DNA of 64,000 nucleotides from assembly GCA_963665665.1 (NCBI GenBank), contig OY762428.1:2176001-2240000 (forward strand), given 5' to 3'. Under the pieces are notes generated by a model. It saw nothing but the letters and a program-made list of their open reading frames with translations, was not told the origin of the DNA and ran no database searches. A program made the position numbers and the translations under genes. The DNA is from Candidatus Kapaibacterium sp. (GTDB taxonomy: Bacteria; Bacteroidota; Ignavibacteria; Kapaibacteriales; UBA2268). Of this stretch, positions 12,706 through 23,479 are shown piece by piece (within the stretch, counting starts at the first letter, position 1; every line of letters begins with the position of its first letter).

Positions 12706-13836
12706 CTACCTTACTTTGAATGTAGCCATGGCAATAATAGCCATAAGCACTGCCATTATATAGAACCGTGAAACTATCTTTGATTCATGAAGCCCTGATT
12801 TTTCGAAGTGATGGTGCAGCGGCGCCATTTTGAACAGACGCCTGCCCTCGCCGTATTTCTTTCGGGTATATTTAAAGTATGCCACCTGGATAATAACAGA
12901 AACAGTTTCTGCAAAGAAAACCCCGCCGAGAATAGGCAGAAGGAATTCCTTTTTAATCAGTATCATCATTGTCCCGATAGCTCCGCCAAGAGCCAGCGAA
13001 CCGGTATCGCCCATGAATATCTGCGCCGGGTAGGAATTGAACCACAAAAATCCAAGCGATGCCCCGAGAAGAGCTGCGCAGAATATCGTCAGCTCGGAAG
13101 AACCGGGCAGGAATATAATATTCAGGTATTCCGCGTAATTGGCATTACCCGAAACATACACAATAAACATTATCGCAAGGGTGACGATACCAACAGTTCC
13201 TATAGCCAGGCCGTCCAGCCCGTCTGTCAGGTTCACTGCGTTGGAAGTTGCCGTCAGGATAAAAATGGCAAGCGGTATGTAGAGAATGCCAAAATCAATA
13301 TTTATATTTTTTGCAAATGGCACGGTTGTCATTGTTTTTATGCTTTCAAATCCATCTGAAAATGTTTCGGGGAATAAATAAATTGTTCCGCCGATAATAA
13401 GCCCGATCACGAACTGCCCGACGATTTTATACCTGCCAATCAGGCCCTTGGGGAACTTTCTGATAACTTTCAGGTAGTCGTCAAGAAACCCGACGGCACC
13501 CATCCATGCAGTGGCAAGCAGAATAAGTATAACGTACATGTTTGATATATTTGCCCATAACAGGGTTGGCAGAAGGCAAGCCAGCAGAACAATAATACCG
13601 CCCATGGTTGGCGTACCGGCTTTAACCGAATGATTACCTACGGCCTGAAGCTCCAGCTTGGCTTGTTCGCCAATCTGGCGGTTTCGCATAATGTTAATTA
13701 TTTTGGGCCCGAAAAGAAAGCTGATCAGTAAAGCAGTTATCGCCGCTGCTGCTGCCCGGAAAGTGATATACTGAAAAACCCCGAATCCCGGAGGATCAAA
13801 TTCAATATTAATCCATTTGAGTAAAAAATAAAACAT
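12706..13836 (-). CDS. mraY: Phospho-N-acetylmuramoyl-pentapeptide transferase
   Basis: KAGTPTMGG, GFLDDYLK, NAVNLTDGLDGL, FMGDTGS and MAPLHHHFE. Confidence 0.98.
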   Translation of the reverse strand: MFYFLLKWINIEFDPPGFGVFQYITFRAAAAAITALLISFLFGPKIINIMRNRQIGEQAKLELQAVGNHSVKAGTPTMGGIIVLLACLLPTLLWANISNMYVILILLATAWMGAVGFLDDYLKVIRKFPKGLIGRYKIVGQFVIGLIIGGTIYLFPETFSDGFESIKTMTTVPFAKNINIDFGILYIPLAIFILTATSNAVNLTDGLDGLAIGTVGIVTLAIMFIVYVSGNANYAEYLNIIFLPGSSELTIFCAALLGASLGFLWFNSYPAQIFMGDTGSLALGGAIGTMMILIKKEFLLPILGGVFFAETVSVIIQVAYFKYTRKKYGEGRRLFKMAPLHHHFEKSGLHESKIVSRFYIMAVLMAIIAMATFKVR

Positions 13837-13978
13837 TTACGCCCCCCATTTTTCAAAATCATCTTTAATTCAAAAATTTTCCCTGCCAATATTAACAAAG
13901 ATAAGATATGTAATTAATTATTAAAAATAACTAATCGGTTTTTAAACAATTTGTTAAAATTTTATTTGTGGAAAAAAT

Positions 13979-14869
13979 TTATTTTCCGCTTTTATAATGA
14001 ACAGCCCCACAGCATTTTTTGAATTTTTTTCCGCTGCCACAGGGGCAGGGATCATTTCTTCCGATTTTCTTAATTTTTTGAATATTCAGGTTCCTCGTTT
14101 TCATATCCTGGTTAAAAACTTCAAGCAGCATGGAATATAGCTGAGGATGCTTCTTTTCCATCAGTTTGGGCCTTTCGAAGAAATATTCGGAAGCCACTGC
14201 AAAAAATTCAGCGCTGTTTGTTCCGGCATAAGGATTTATATCAGAATCATCATTTTCAATATCGTCCATCTTGGTTTTTATCAGGTCGAGCCAGGGAATG
14301 GTGTATTGCTTTTCGAGCAGGGCTGCAGGTACACCGTCCACTTTGCCGTCAATTTTATCAATCAGGTGAACGAATTCGTGTATGGCAGTATTTTTCTTAT
14401 CCCGCTCGTTATTAAATCCATGATGGAGAGCGCTTTTCGATAGTATCATCTTGCCGTCCATTACTCCGGTTCCGACCATTCCCATTATCCGGCTGTCTGT
14501 TGTTCCGGATTGGAATTCCCCGTTAAAATCATTGGGATATATCAGAACTTCCCCCAGGTTAACATATTTCCAGTCAGGAAAGGCAAAAACCGGAATTATT
14601 GCGCTGGCAGCAACCAGCAATCTGTCAGTATCGTTAATTTCCGTACTTATTCCTGTAATCCTGCAATTCAGAAGAAACTCTGCAATTTTATATTCGAACC
14701 TTTTCTTCTCATCATTGTTCAGGCTGTTGTAAAAAGCCGATTTCTTCGTCAGGATAATCCTGTAAGCAGCCGGAAATTCCCCGGACGGAAGTTTCCAGCT
14801 TTTACCACGGTAATATTTATAAATAATATAAATAATTGCTGCTGCGATGATAATTAATAATATTTCCAT
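13979..14869 (-). CDS. MtfA/M90-family zinc peptidase fused to a C-terminal SEC-C motif
   Basis: HEFVH zinc motif, [19 protein letters not shown], and C-terminal [18 protein letters not shown]. Confidence 0.9.
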   Translation of the reverse strand: MEILLIIIAAAIIYIIYKYYRGKSWKLPSGEFPAAYRIILTKKSAFYNSLNNDEKKRFEYKIAEFLLNCRITGISTEINDTDRLLVAASAIIPVFAFPDWKYVNLGEVLIYPNDFNGEFQSGTTDSRIMGMVGTGVMDGKMILSKSALHHGFNNERDKKNTAIHEFVHLIDKIDGKVDGVPAALLEKQYTIPWLDLIKTKMDDIENDDSDINPYAGTNSAEFFAVASEYFFERPKLMEKKHPQLYSMLLEVFNQDMKTRNLNIQKIKKIGRNDPCPCGSGKKFKKCCGAVHYKSGK

Positions 14870-14925
14870 AGTGTTTTTCCCAATATTAAAATTCTTTACG
14901 TGGTATCTCCGGCCATAGAGCGTGG

Positions 14926-16062
14926 CTATCGTATATACTCCACAAGCTGCCCGGCTATAGTATGCCAGTTGAATCTTGTGCTCACAGTTCTGTAAAGATT
15001 TTCCGAATATTTTTGCCTGATTGTTGGTTTTGTGGCAAGAAATTCCAGTGCCCCGAGAATATGCCCTGCACTTCCTTCCTTTATAATAATGCCGTTCTCG
15101 CCGTGAACAACAGCTTCTTCGGTTCCGCCCATAGGTGTTGCTATCAGAGCGTTACGTGTAATACCGGCTTCCATTATCAGCGTAGGCAGCCCCTCGGGAT
15201 AATTGGAAGGAATCACCGTTATTTCACTTTCTTCCAGCATTGCCATAACGTAGTCATGTGATCTGATACCGAGGATATGAATATTGTCTTCTTCCGCCGA
15301 ATATTTCCCCATAAGTTCTTCTTCAAGTGGTCCGTCTCCGGCAATTAAAAGGAACATACCTCCTTTGGGATTCAATGCCGCGAACGCTTCACAAAGCTCC
15401 CCTATGCCTTTTTCCGGAATAAGCCTGCCCGCGAAGGCAATCAGCAGGCTTTCGCGCGGAATATTCAATTCCCGCCGAATATCTGCTTCCGGTGCCGGGT
15501 AATCCGGATCAATACCATTATATATTTCACCAATACTGTTTATACCAAAATGATTTAGCCACCTGCCGCATGCCGCCGATACACCAAAAGCTCCTTCCAT
15601 CTTTCTTTTCAGAATTTTCGTGATAAAGTGCTCATAAATATGGCCAAAAAAGTCGAACAACTTATTGCCTACAGAAAAATGGCCGGTAACATGCTCGATA
15701 AGGTAGAATGGTATGTCCTTTTTTAGTGCAAGTTTTCTTCCGGCAAGTGATGTCCAGTAAAACCGCATATTCACTATAACGGCATCAATTTTTTCATTTT
15801 TAAGTTTTGCAAACATACTGCGGAATTCTTCATTGCATTTTGGCTGTGGCAGTCGCCCCCCGATAAATGGTACTACCGGAAAATAGTATATTATCCTTCC
15901 GGTTTCTTGAACAATACTATTTGTATTTTCGGTGTTTGAAGTCAGAATAATAACTTCATGCCCCAGCTTTACAAGTGCAGATGAAAGTTCCGAAACATAG
16001 CGTTCAACTCCGCCTGAGTGAGGGGGATAAAATGCCGAGCTTATACAGAGCCTCAATTCCAC
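14926..16062 (-). CDS. Glycosyltransferase family 4 (GT-B)
   Basis: [22 protein letters not shown] and [11 protein letters not shown]. Probable GTG start at 16062, overlapping the upstream stop. Confidence 0.9.
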   Translation of the reverse strand: MELRLCISSAFYPPHSGGVERYVSELSSALVKLGHEVIILTSNTENTNSIVQETGRIIYYFPVVPFIGGRLPQPKCNEEFRSMFAKLKNEKIDAVIVNMRFYWTSLAGRKLALKKDIPFYLIEHVTGHFSVGNKLFDFFGHIYEHFITKILKRKMEGAFGVSAACGRWLNHFGINSIGEIYNGIDPDYPAPEADIRRELNIPRESLLIAFAGRLIPEKGIGELCEAFAALNPKGGMFLLIAGDGPLEEELMGKYSAEEDNIHILGIRSHDYVMAMLEESEITVIPSNYPEGLPTLIMEAGITRNALIATPMGGTEEAVVHGENGIIIKEGSAGHILGALEFLATKPTIRQKYSENLYRTVSTRFNWHTIAGQLVEYIR

Positions 16063-17063
16063 CTCCCGGTCAGATCCGTGAATAAGCCGGCAATTACTCC
16101 ACAACCATATCCCCAGTGAATTGCCGGGAATATCGCGATAAAATGTAACGGGCTCATTTTCTTCTGAACAGCAACAAATAATGATATAAGAATAATTGCC
16201 AGCAAATACATAGCAAGCAAAGTCAGGAATGAAAATATTGCGAGGTAATTAATAAATGATATTAACAGAATAAATAAAAAAGTCAGGACAAAAATACCGG
16301 GTAAAAACACCTTTGGGCTGTATTCTCCGAGTTTGCCCATTACCCTGATACGCCATTTGCCATAGCGGAATTGCTGACGGAAAAAAGCTGAAATGCTTTC
16401 CGGCCTGTGATAATAAGTTATGGCAGCAGGATTTACATATATTGAAAAACCGAGTTTTTCCGTGAGCCTTTGGTTAAGTTCCATATCCTCACCAGTGTAT
16501 AAATCCTCGTCGTAAAGGCCGGCAGAAATTAATTTTTCTTTGTCATAAATGCAGGCATAAGCGTTATTTACTTTTTCAATATTATTTTTATTTTGATATG
16601 ATGCGTTTCCGGCCCCCGAAAAGATACTTGTCAGCGCAGTTTCCGAAGCAAGAGTGAATGCAGTCCCGGATGCGTCTTTATAGATTGAACCAACAGCAAT
16701 TATCTTCTCATCGTCCTTTAATTTTTTGCTGAATGCGTCCCATAATTGAGACAGCCACTTTTCATCTGCGCAGCTGTGAGCATCCAGGTAGGCAATGTAC
16801 GGATATTCCGCTGCTTTTATGGCAATATTCCTGCCGGCAGCCTGATTTGTTTCAGGATTATTTACAAGTCTGATATTGTTAAATTGTTCAATATAATCAT
16901 GAATAATATCAATAGTTTTATCTGTCGAGCCGCCGTCTGCAAGTATTATTTCAGTTTTCCCGGGGTAGTCCTGTGCAATAACAGAATCAATACAGGAAGA
17001 AATAAACTTTTCTTCGTTAAGGCAGGCTATTATAACTGAAACACAGGGATAATCCATCAACAT
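16053..17063 (-). CDS. Glycosyltransferase family 2 with C-terminal TM helices (ExoA-like)
   Basis: SVIIACLNEE, DGGSTD, LDAH, GEDMELNQR and QQFRYGKW; hydrophobic tail. Confidence 0.9.
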   Translation of the reverse strand: MLMDYPCVSVIIACLNEEKFISSCIDSVIAQDYPGKTEIILADGGSTDKTIDIIHDYIEQFNNIRLVNNPETNQAAGRNIAIKAAEYPYIAYLDAHSCADEKWLSQLWDAFSKKLKDDEKIIAVGSIYKDASGTAFTLASETALTSIFSGAGNASYQNKNNIEKVNNAYACIYDKEKLISAGLYDEDLYTGEDMELNQRLTEKLGFSIYVNPAAITYYHRPESISAFFRQQFRYGKWRIRVMGKLGEYSPKVFLPGIFVLTFLFILLISFINYLAIFSFLTLLAMYLLAIILISLFVAVQKKMSPLHFIAIFPAIHWGYGCGVIAGLFTDLTGRWN

Positions 17064-17247
17064 TTCCTTAATTTTTCATTTATATCAAATTTAATAATTT
17101 TCAACGAGAAATTTGTATTTGATATGGGAAAACTGTCTTACAAAAGAATAGCATTTGAATTTTTTGTTAATTATCAGCTATTGCTGAATTACTTAAACTT
17201 CATAATTTGCACAATATAAATCTTGTAAAAATAATTATACTATCATT

Positions 17248-17670
17248 ATGGCAAGAATAAAAGTAAACATACCGGATAAATTTCTTTTCAGGACAGAAAT
17301 TAAAGTCAGGATAACTGACCTTAACTATGGCGGGCATCTTGGCAATGACAGGGCGTTAGCGTTTGCACATGAAGCAAGGGCAAGATTCCTGGATTACTAC
17401 GGATACAGCGAAAAAGACCTGATGGGAGTATCCCTGATAATGGCCGACGCAGCTGTGCAGTTCAAAGCAGAGGCCTTTGCAGGAGATATAATTGAAGTAC
17501 TTGTTACCCCGGGTGATTTCTCCAATAAGGGCTTTGACCTTTTTTTTCTGATGAAAGACAATATAAGTGGTAAAGAGATAATACGATGTAAAACAGGAAT
17601 GGTATGTTTTGATTATTCAAATAGCAAAATCTGCCCGGTTCCAGAGGGTTTATTAGAACTTTGGAAATAA
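17248..17670 (+). CDS. 4HBT-family acyl-CoA thioesterase
   Basis: Hot-dog motif RITDLNYGGHLGND...HEAR. Confidence 0.88.
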   Translation: MARIKVNIPDKFLFRTEIKVRITDLNYGGHLGNDRALAFAHEARARFLDYYGYSEKDLMGVSLIMADAAVQFKAEAFAGDIIEVLVTPGDFSNKGFDLFFLMKDNISGKEIIRCKTGMVCFDYSNSKICPVPEGLLELWK

Positions 17671-17772
17671 ATTTTTAGAAGATAATAATCTTCAGGAATA
17701 TAGGAACAGCCCTGATTTCAATGGGTATTTCAATATTTTAATAAAAAAAATGTGGAAAAAATTATTTTTTAT

Positions 17773-17804
17773 TTTGAGAATTAATAAAAAAAGTAATAAA
17801 TTTG
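17773..17804 (+). promoter_or_regulatory. Bacteroidota-type sigma70 promoter for rpsF-rplI
   Basis: TTTG (17773-17776), 20-nt spacer, TAAATTTG (17797-17804). Confidence 0.6.
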
Positions 17805-17887
17805 TGTTCTGTAACTTTTGGAATTTGAATAATATATTAAAATATTGAAACAAAAGACGATTGAAATAATAAATTTTTGGAGATAAT

Positions 17888-18421
17888 ATGAGCTTACGCC
17901 GTTTATACGAGACGACTTTTATAGTTAATGCCGCACTTGAAGATGCGGATATCGATGCAGTAATTGCTAAAGTTACTTCTTACATAGAAAATCACGGCGG
18001 TGAAATCAAAGTTGTAGAGAAGTGGGGTCGCAGGCGTTTAGCATATCCGATCAACAAGAAATATAACGGCTTCTACGTTCATATCGAATTTGAATCAATG
18101 CCAAACAACCTTCCTATTTTGGAAAGATTCCTTGTTCTCGAAGATACTGTACTCAGGCACCTTACTCTTATTCTACCGGAAAAACTCAAAACTTTCCGTA
18201 CTCAAAAAGCCCTTGAAATTGGTAAAGCTATAGCAGAAGCTGAAGCAGAAGAGCAGGCCAAGAAAGAAGAATTAGCCGAGAAAAAAGCAAAAAGGGAAGA
18301 AGCAAAAGCTGAAGCAGCAAAGGCTGAAGCAGCAAAGGCTGAAGAGCAGGAAACTGAAAAAAATGAAGCGAAAGCTGACAGCGATGAACAGGAACCGGCA
18401 AAAGAAGAAACTGCCGAATAA
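17888..18421 (+). CDS. rpsF: 30S ribosomal protein S6 with a charged C-terminal extension
   Basis: YETTFIV...WGRRRLAYPINK...VLRHL, followed by an EAAKA-rich tail. Confidence 0.97.
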   Translation: MSLRRLYETTFIVNAALEDADIDAVIAKVTSYIENHGGEIKVVEKWGRRRLAYPINKKYNGFYVHIEFESMPNNLPILERFLVLEDTVLRHLTLILPEKLKTFRTQKALEIGKAIAEAEAEEQAKKEELAEKKAKREEAKAEAAKAEAAKAEEQETEKNEAKADSDEQEPAKEETAE

Positions 18422-18468
18422 ACTTTAGTAAGATTGATAATAAATAAAACTATACAGAGGATTATATA

Positions 18469-18915
18469 ATGAAAGTAATATTACGTCAGGAAGTCCCCAG
18501 CTTAGGAACATTGGGCGATATAGTGACCGTAAAAAACGGCTACGCACGTAATTATCTGATCCCGCAGGGTTTGGCTTATGTTGCTACGGATAAATCCATT
18601 CGTACTCTTGAAGTTGAAAAGAAAAAATTTGATATTTTCATGGCTAAAGAAAAAGAATCTGCTGAAGCTATGGCAGAAAAACTTACCGAGCAGCAGGTTA
18701 GCATTGCTATGAAAGTTGGCGAAGAAGATAAACTTTATGGTTCTGTTTCTCCGCAAATGATTGCTCAGGAACTTTCACTCAGGGGATTTGAAATCGATAA
18801 AAGAAATATTATTATCGAAGATCCTATCAAATCTCTTGGCGTTTTCGACGTAAAATGCAAACTTCATCCTGAAGTAACAACAACCCTTAAAGTTTGGGTT
18901 ATCAGCGAAGACTAA
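18469..18915 (+). CDS. rplI: 50S ribosomal protein L9
   Basis: MKVIL...VKNGYARNYLIPQG and KLYGSV. Confidence 0.98.
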   Translation: MKVILRQEVPSLGTLGDIVTVKNGYARNYLIPQGLAYVATDKSIRTLEVEKKKFDIFMAKEKESAEAMAEKLTEQQVSIAMKVGEEDKLYGSVSPQMIAQELSLRGFEIDKRNIIIEDPIKSLGVFDVKCKLHPEVTTTLKVWVISED

Positions 18916-18937
18916 TACCGTAATAATTTTTTTGAAT

Positions 18938-18970
18938 AAACGCATATCCGAAAGGGTATGCGTTTTTTTT
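18938..18970 (+). terminator. Intrinsic terminator after rplI
   Basis: ACGCATATCC-GAAA-GGGTATGCGT followed by a T tract. Confidence 0.85.
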
Positions 18971-19074
18971 AAGATATAATCCTTTTAGCCGGCATTATCA
19001 CGATTGCATTTTCGTTAATATTTCGTATAATTGGTTTCCCGGAAATAGTTATCCGGATATAACATTTATTATCG

Positions 19075-19419
19075 ATGAGGCAAAATATGAAAAGGTATTC
19101 TAAACCGGTAAAGATTAAAAGATTAGAAGGGAATTTACTTTACAGTGAATGGAGCGACGGATTCAAAGCCACCATTAAACTGGAAGCACTGAGAAAGAAC
19201 TGTCCTTGTGCTGATTGTAAAAAGGAAGAACTATCGAAAAAACCAAAAATCGGTGTTACTAAACTTCAGCAGTTTACTCCCGGAATGAATGAACTGAAAT
19301 CCCTTCAGAAAGTTGGTAATTATGCCGTTACTGCCGTATGGGGCGACGGGCATGATTCTGGTATATATACATGGGAAGTCCTGCGGGCAATTTTCGAAGA
19401 AAATAAAATTGAAATATAA
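19075..19419 (+). CDS. DUF971 / GBBH-like N-terminal domain protein
   Basis: WSDG...LRKNCPCADC...VGNYAV...WGDGHDSGIYTW. Confidence 0.88.
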   Translation: MRQNMKRYSKPVKIKRLEGNLLYSEWSDGFKATIKLEALRKNCPCADCKKEELSKKPKIGVTKLQQFTPGMNELKSLQKVGNYAVTAVWGDGHDSGIYTWEVLRAIFEENKIEI

Positions 19420-19633
19420 GGATTTTTATATATTCCCGAATTTGGAAAATTTTCCGGGAAAAGCTTATAAACAAAGGGGGCGATATGTTTTGCAGCCTGT
19501 TTTTCTACAAACCTTTTAAGCTGAAAGCTTATAAAATAATTCGATATCCCTGAAGGAATGCCGGATACTTCAATGTACATGCAACTCCGAGATTCAGATA
19601 ACAATATAAATTTTATGAAATAAGGAAATAATT

Positions 19634-21649
19634 ATGACACTGGAAGAATTCAGAAATGATATACAGCAGGGTATCCCCGATACACTTCCGGCTCCGAAAC
19701 CACGCGATCCGGAAATAAGCCATGCCCCGATAAGAAAAGACATCCTGACAGCAGATGAAAAAAAACTGGCATTAAAAAATGCTTTAAGATATTTTGATGA
19801 AAAGCACCATGCCGAACTGGCTCCCGAATTTGCTGAAGAACTAAGGAAATACGGCAGAATTTACATGTACCGCTTCAGGCCGGAATATAAAATTACAGCC
19901 AGGAGTATTAACGATTTTCCGCATAAATCCCGCCAGGCAGCAGCCATTATGCTTATGATGAGCAATAACCTGGATTATGCCGTTGCACAGCACCCGCATG
20001 AACTTATAACCTACGGGGGCAACGGCGCTGTTTTCCAGAACTGGGCGCAGTACAGGATAACAATGAAATACCTTTCGGAAATGACTGACGAGCAGACTTT
20101 GGTAATGTATTCCGGCCATCCTCTCGGGGTATTCCCTTCGCATAAAGACGCTCCCCGGGTTGTTGTTACCAATGGTATGGTAATACCCAATTATTCAAGC
20201 CAGGATGACTGGGAAAGAATGAATGCTCTCGGCGTTTCGCAGTACGGGCAGATGACTGCCGGTTCTTTCATGTATATAGGCCCGCAGGGAATCGTACACG
20301 GAACAACAATCACTGTACTGAATGCCGGAAGGCTTCACAGCGGCGGTGAGCTTGCCGGAAAAGTATTTGTTACATCAGGCCTTGGCGGAATGAGCGGAGC
20401 ACAGGCTAAAGCTTCCGTTATTGCCGGAGCTATTGGCGTAATCGCTGAAATCAATCCTAAAGCTATTTATAAAAGGCACGAACAAGGCTGGCTGGACGAG
20501 GTTTATACTGACCTTGACGAACTCATTGCCAGAATTCAAAAAGCGCGCGACGGCAAAGAAGCTGTTTCGCTTGGCTATCTTGGCAATATAGTTGACCTTT
20601 GGGAAAAATTTGCAGCCGACAAGGTGAAAGTCGAACTCGGTTCGGACCAGACTTCTCTTCATAATCCCTGGGCCGGCGGGTATTATCCGGTTGGGGTTGG
20701 TTTTGAAGAAGCCCAGGCAATGATGGCCGACGAACCGGAAAAATTCAAAGAATTGGTTCGCGAATCGCTGCGCAGGCAGGTTGCAGCTATAAATATTCTG
20801 ACAGAAAATGGCATGTATTTCTGGGATTATGGAAATGCATTCCTCCTGGAAGCAGGCAGGGCTGGCGCCGATGTAATGAAAGGCGACAGCGACAAGTTCC
20901 GTTATCCTTCCTACGTGGAAGATATTATGGGCCCGATGTGCTTTGATTACGGCTTTGGCCCCTTCCGCTGGGTATGTACGTCATCGGATCCGGCTGACTT
21001 ACAGAAAACAGATAAAATAGCAGCTGAAGTTCTCAGTGAAATGATCAAGACTTCTCCTGAAGAAATCCAGCAGCAACTGGCTGATAACCTTCGCTGGATT
21101 CAGCAGGCAGGCGAAAATAAAATGGTTGTCGGTTCGCAGGCAAGAATACTTTATGCCGATGCCGAAGGCAGAATTAAGATTGCAGAAGCTTTCAACAATG
21201 CAATTAAAAATGGCGAACTGACAGCTCCGGTTGTTCTCGGACGCGACCACCACGATGTTTCAGGAACAGACTCTCCCTACCGCGAAACAGCGAATATTTA
21301 CGACGGCTCGATGTTCTGCGCTGATATGGCTATCCATAACGTAATCGGCGACTCATTCCGCGGCGCAACATGGGTTTCAATCCACAACGGCGGCGGTGTT
21401 GGCTGGGGTGAAGTTATCAACGGCGGCTTCGGTATGGTTCTGGACGGAACTGAGGATGCCGACCGCAGGCTTCGCCAGATGCTTTTCTGGGATGTGAACA
21501 ACGGTATAGCGAGAAGAAGCTGGGCCCGCAACAAGGAGGCTATGTTTGCTATCCGCCGCGAGATGGAAAGAACTCCCGGCCTGAATGTTACCGTTCCGAG
21601 TGTTGCCGATGATGATATAATCGCCAAGGCTTTTAACGATACTTTCTGA
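19634..21649 (+). CDS. hutU: Urocanate hydratase (long, Bacteroidota/eukaryote-like form)
   Basis: YGQMTAGSFMYIGPQGIVHGT, GLGGMSGAQ, SDQTSLHN, GRDHHDVSG and HNGGGVGWG. Confidence 0.97.
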   Translation: MTLEEFRNDIQQGIPDTLPAPKPRDPEISHAPIRKDILTADEKKLALKNALRYFDEKHHAELAPEFAEELRKYGRIYMYRFRPEYKITARSINDFPHKSRQAAAIMLMMSNNLDYAVAQHPHELITYGGNGAVFQNWAQYRITMKYLSEMTDEQTLVMYSGHPLGVFPSHKDAPRVVVTNGMVIPNYSSQDDWERMNALGVSQYGQMTAGSFMYIGPQGIVHGTTITVLNAGRLHSGGELAGKVFVTSGLGGMSGAQAKASVIAGAIGVIAEINPKAIYKRHEQGWLDEVYTDLDELIARIQKARDGKEAVSLGYLGNIVDLWEKFAADKVKVELGSDQTSLHNPWAGGYYPVGVGFEEAQAMMADEPEKFKELVRESLRRQVAAINILTENGMYFWDYGNAFLLEAGRAGADVMKGDSDKFRYPSYVEDIMGPMCFDYGFGPFRWVCTSSDPADLQKTDKIAAEVLSEMIKTSPEEIQQQLADNLRWIQQAGENKMVVGSQARILYADAEGRIKIAEAFNNAIKNGELTAPVVLGRDHHDVSGTDSPYRETANIYDGSMFCADMAIHNVIGDSFRGATWVSIHNGGGVGWGEVINGGFGMVLDGTEDADRRLRQMLFWDVNNGIARRSWARNKEAMFAIRREMERTPGLNVTVPSVADDDIIAKAFNDTF

Positions 21650-21675
21650 TTTGAATATTATTGTATTTGATATTT

Positions 21676-21702
21676 ACGGGCGACATTTTTGTCGCCCGTT
21701 TT
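21676..21702. terminator. Terminator hairpin between hutU and lysS
   Basis: ACGGGCGACA-TTTT-TGTCGCCCGT followed by Ts. Confidence 0.75.
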
Positions 21703-21779
21703 GAATTAACAATTTTTTAAAATACTATAAATAATTTGTGGCTATAACTTAAAGTCATCGGATTAATCAAAAAAAGGCA

Positions 21780-23306
21780 TTATTCCTCATCAGCTTTTTT
21801 CAGTGCTTCCGGCCTCATCTGCGGGAAGAAGAGTACGTCACGGATGGACGTTTCGCCGGTCAGGAACATAACCAGCCTGTCGATTCCGATACCAAGGCCT
21901 GCCGTGGGAGGCATACCTGTTTCGATAGCATATAGGAAATCATTATCAAGAACCATGGCCTCGTCGTCGCCGGCAGCACGAATCTTTGACTGTTCCTCAA
22001 GCCTTGCACGCTGGTCAACGGGGTCGTTCAGCTCGGTAAAGGCATTTGCCATTTCTGCGCCATTGATAAATAACTCGAATCTTTCAACAAGGCCTTCCTC
22101 GCTGCGGTGCATTTTTGCCAGTGGAGATATCTCCACCGGGTAGTCAATCACAAATGTTGGCTGAATAAGGTTTTTCTCAACTTTCTCGCCGAATATTTCA
22201 TCCAGAATTTTTGAATGGCTGGCATCTTTATCAACATCCACTTCAAGTTCTTTTGCTACTGCAAGCAGATCGTCACGGTTCATTCCGCGAAGGTCCTTGC
22301 CGGTATATTCTTTAAAGAGTTCAAACATTGGTGCGCGGCGGAACGGTTGGGAAATATCTATTTCCTTGCCGTCGTATTCAACCGTGGTGCTTCCGTTTAC
22401 TGTTTCCGCGACTGTACGGATAAGGTTCTCTGTCATATCCATCATCCAGTTGTAATCTTTATAAGCCACGTAAACTTCCATTGCCGTGAATTCCGGGTTA
22501 TGGGTTTTATCCATTCCCTCGTTACGGAAGTTTTTGCTGATTTCGTAAACACCCTCGAATCCGCCCACGATTAGCCTTTTCAGATATAATTCGTCGGCAA
22601 TTCTCATATAAAGAGGAATATCCAGCGCGTTGTGGTGTGTTACGAAGGGCCTTGCAGAAGCGCCGCCATAAATTGGCTGCAGGATTGGAGTTTCAACTTC
22701 CAGCCATCCTTTGTCATCGAAATGCCTGCGAATAGTTGAAATTATTTTTGCCCTTTTAACGAATGTATCCTTTATCTCAGGATTAACAATAAGATCAATA
22801 TAACGGCGGCGGTATCGCAGTTCTTTATCAGCGAATGCGTCGTGAACAATTTTGTTGCCCTGCTCATCGGTTTCTTCCTTTGCAATCGGAAGAGGTTTAA
22901 GTGATTTGCAAAGGATTTGCACATCCTGCGCATGCACTGATATTTCGCCCATTTTGGTACGGAAACCGAATCCTTTCACCCCGATAATATCACCAATATC
23001 AAGTTTTTTCAGGTGATTATAGAAATCCGGCAATTCGTTTTTCCTAAGGTAAAGCTGTATTTTGCCTGTCTGATCCTGAATATGAACAAAACTGGCTTTC
23101 CCCATTCGGCGAATACTCATTATACGTCCGGCAATTGCTACTTCAGCAAATTCCTCCGGATTGTCATCTTTGTAATTATTTTTAATTTCTAAAGCGTCAT
23201 GGGTTTTATTAAATTCATAGGGATAGGGATTTATTCCTGCCTCGCGAAGTAATTTCAGTTCTTCAAGCCTTCTTAATTCCTGATCATTTAGTTGCTTGTT
23301 GTCCAT
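21780..23306 (-). CDS. lysS: Lysine--tRNA ligase (class II)
   Basis: [25 protein letters not shown] and [15 protein letters not shown]. Confidence 0.98.
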   Translation of the reverse strand: MDNKQLNDQELRRLEELKLLREAGINPYPYEFNKTHDALEIKNNYKDDNPEEFAEVAIAGRIMSIRRMGKASFVHIQDQTGKIQLYLRKNELPDFYNHLKKLDIGDIIGVKGFGFRTKMGEISVHAQDVQILCKSLKPLPIAKEETDEQGNKIVHDAFADKELRYRRRYIDLIVNPEIKDTFVKRAKIISTIRRHFDDKGWLEVETPILQPIYGGASARPFVTHHNALDIPLYMRIADELYLKRLIVGGFEGVYEISKNFRNEGMDKTHNPEFTAMEVYVAYKDYNWMMDMTENLIRTVAETVNGSTTVEYDGKEIDISQPFRRAPMFELFKEYTGKDLRGMNRDDLLAVAKELEVDVDKDASHSKILDEIFGEKVEKNLIQPTFVIDYPVEISPLAKMHRSEEGLVERFELFINGAEMANAFTELNDPVDQRARLEEQSKIRAAGDDEAMVLDNDFLYAIETGMPPTAGLGIGIDRLVMFLTGETSIRDVLFFPQMRPEALKKADEE

Positions 23307-23479
23307 ATTCTTTTCATATTAAATAATTTAACATCAACAATCTTCAAAATTAGTGATAATTAAGGAAAATGAAACATTTATTTTGGTTTTTTCAAAAAAT
23401 TAGTTTATATTTTTTATCTAAGCTAAGTAAATTTTAGACTTAGTGTATTAAATTTGTACTATATATATGGAAAGTATTC

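Noticed and set aside
19634-21649. hutU without hutH/hutI/hutG as an anomaly
   Set aside because: Scattered hut genes are common, and the rest of the genome cannot be seen.
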